DNA of 64,000 bases. Origin: a virus (Duplodnaviria > Caudoviricetes). Below the pieces are notes generated by a model, which saw nothing but the letters and a program-made list of their open reading frames with translations, was not told the DNA's origin and made no database searches. Numbering within the stretch: position 1 is the stretch's first letter; each line of letters opens with the position of its first letter. The position numbers and the translations under genes are program-made. Shown one piece after another: positions 62,945 to 64,000 of the stretch. The stretch is from IMG/VR virus record IMGVR_UViG_3300023105_001349, positions 15,518 through 79,517 of that record. One strand, given 5' to 3'.

Positions 62945-63105
62945 CCTTGAACAGCCTTGTGCATTGCTTCATGTTTTGCTGTTTCAACAATCTTTACTAG
63001 TTCTGCAAAACGATCTGCTACTTCGCGATAAAATGTATTACCGGTTATACGTCCTTGATCGTGCAACCAAATTACCATTTCGCCATCTGTTTTTGGTACT
63101 GACAT
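62941..63105 (-). CDS. Small hypothetical protein (54 aa), absent from the ORF track
   Basis: MSVPKTDGEMVIWLHDQG...KAVQG. Coupled at both ends. Confidence 0.55.
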   Translation of the reverse strand: MSVPKTDGEMVIWLHDQGRITGNTFYREVADRFAELVKIVETAKHEAMHKAVQG

Positions 63106-63314
63106 TAGTCTAATCCTCTTTGTATTAGGTATGCATTAATACGATGCATTTCATCTTTAAGATACAGTTTCATAGTTTTCATTCTACGAACTTCTTCTGT
63201 TACTGTCATATTATTATACTTGTTTTCAAGCTCAATGTCAAGCTCTCGATGTTTCCGTTTTAACTCATCGTAGTGAGCTCGAAGTTTATCTTCTTCAGAC
63301 TCGTAATTGCTCAT
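63105..63314 (-). CDS. DUF465/YdcH-like coiled-coil protein
   Basis: L...H.ELD.EL...MK..KL.LKDE pattern, GAGGA SD. Confidence 0.6.
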   Translation of the reverse strand: MSNYESEEDKLRAHYDELKRKHRELDIELENKYNNMTVTEEVRRMKTMKLYLKDEMHRINAYLIQRGLD

Positions 63315-64000
63315 CTTCAAGTTCCTCTAACTTATGTTCCTCAGCTTCAGTAAAGCAACCATCTTCGTGTTCTTCTTCGACCTCTGGTTCTTCTACATCA
63401 AACAAGGCGTTAAAATGTGTACTAGCATTTACAGTCTTTTTACCAACTGCACCTCTAGTACCCGGAATAGCCATCCAAAATTTAGAATACTCATCTATTT
63501 TTTGTAAGGCTTCGTCTCTGTCTGTAATCGCAAATATTTCTTCCACAACATCTCTAAATAGAATCCTGTCAAACTGCTCTTGGACAAGCATTCTCGGAAT
63601 AACTCCATTGTCGTATTGTCTGTTCGCTTCTTGCACTGCATTAATGTGGCTCCACACGTTATGGCCCATTTGTATAGCGTAACTAAATGAGTCCCAGCTA
63701 GTCTTCCCTTCTTTACCTATTTTATTTAGGTCACCGGGAGCATATGTACAAACGTCCGATACTTTGAGTTCTGCTGTAATTGGGGAGTCTTCAAAGTTTT
63801 TAAATATCCCATCTGATAGAGTAGCGTCTCTAAACAAGCGGTTGTCTGTAGCATATTTCTTATCGTCAACTGACGGCACCATTCGATATGTCCATTTCGA
63901 ACGGTCCTCTGTTTCATTCTGTATGTAAATCTGTCCGTTTGCGGTTGCAAGGAAAGGACTAGCACAGTCAAAAGTGATAGTGAAGTTTTCATTGTAGTTC
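63295..64000 (-). CDS. TGT/DpdA-like guanine transglycosylase, C-terminal part (truncated at the window end)
   Basis: Frame stays open to the window edge (…NYNENFTITFDCASPFLATANG…). The TFDCASP segment resembles the TGT-family FD(S/C) motif, and MGHNVW resembles the TGT zinc-site HN. Adjacent to queD/folE/queE. Confidence 0.6.
   Translation of the reverse strand, partial: NYNENFTITFDCASPFLATANGQIYIQNETEDRSKWTYRMVPSVDDKKYATDNRLFRDATLSDGIFKNFEDSPITAELKVSDVCTYAPGDLNKIGKEGKTSWDSFSYAIQMGHNVWSHINAVQEANRQYDNGVIPRMLVQEQFDRILFRDVVEEIFAITDRDEALQKIDEYSKFWMAIPGTRGAVGKKTVNASTHFNALFDVEEPEVEEEHEDGCFTEAEEHKLEELEDEQLRV

Noticed and set aside
1-64000. CRISPR arrays, tRNA/rRNA genes, IS elements, integrase
   Set aside because: No regularly spaced direct repeats, cloverleaf signatures or transposase/recombinase motifs were found. 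Intergenic gaps are mostly under 100 nt.

Overview
AT-rich 64 kb segment of a large tailed (jumbo/T4-like-superfamily) phage genome. The taxonomy is inferred from gene content and promoter style only. No rRNA, tRNA, CRISPR array or transposase is visible. (1) 1-25.3 kb (+): virion module. It holds a giant structural ORF of at least 4,924 aa that is already open at base 1, four paralogous fibre/baseplate-anchored proteins and a small oxygenase cassette. (2) 25.4-47.6 kb: a ~22 kb 'tailoring island' with three glycosyltransferase-like genes, a SAM methyltransferase, ten radical-SAM genes plus a stand-alone SPASM/twitch-like ORF, two QueC-like PP-loop proteins, three cupin/2OG dioxygenases, a fatty-acid desaturase and a possible GNAT. 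(3) 47.6-55.8 kb (-): an orphan fibre gene, conserved hypotheticals, a MoxR AAA+/VWA-metallopeptidase pair and a 5'-3' exonuclease. (4) 55.9-64 kb (-): a 7-deazaguanine locus (queE, folE, queD-like, truncated tgt/dpdA-like) interleaved with a glycosyltransferase, phosphoribosyltransferase, HIT hydrolase and cupin. Regulatory signals are unusually legible: five TTGACA-N17-TATAAT-type promoters, about eleven T4-late-like TAARTA boxes (three sit exactly 5 nt before an ATG, suggesting leaderless mRNAs), and a hairpin that traps a start codon unless transcription starts at the late box. The best candidates for undescribed biology are the radical-SAM/glycosyltransferase island and a possibly glycosylated deazaguanine modification. 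All family calls come from motifs read by eye; no database search was run.
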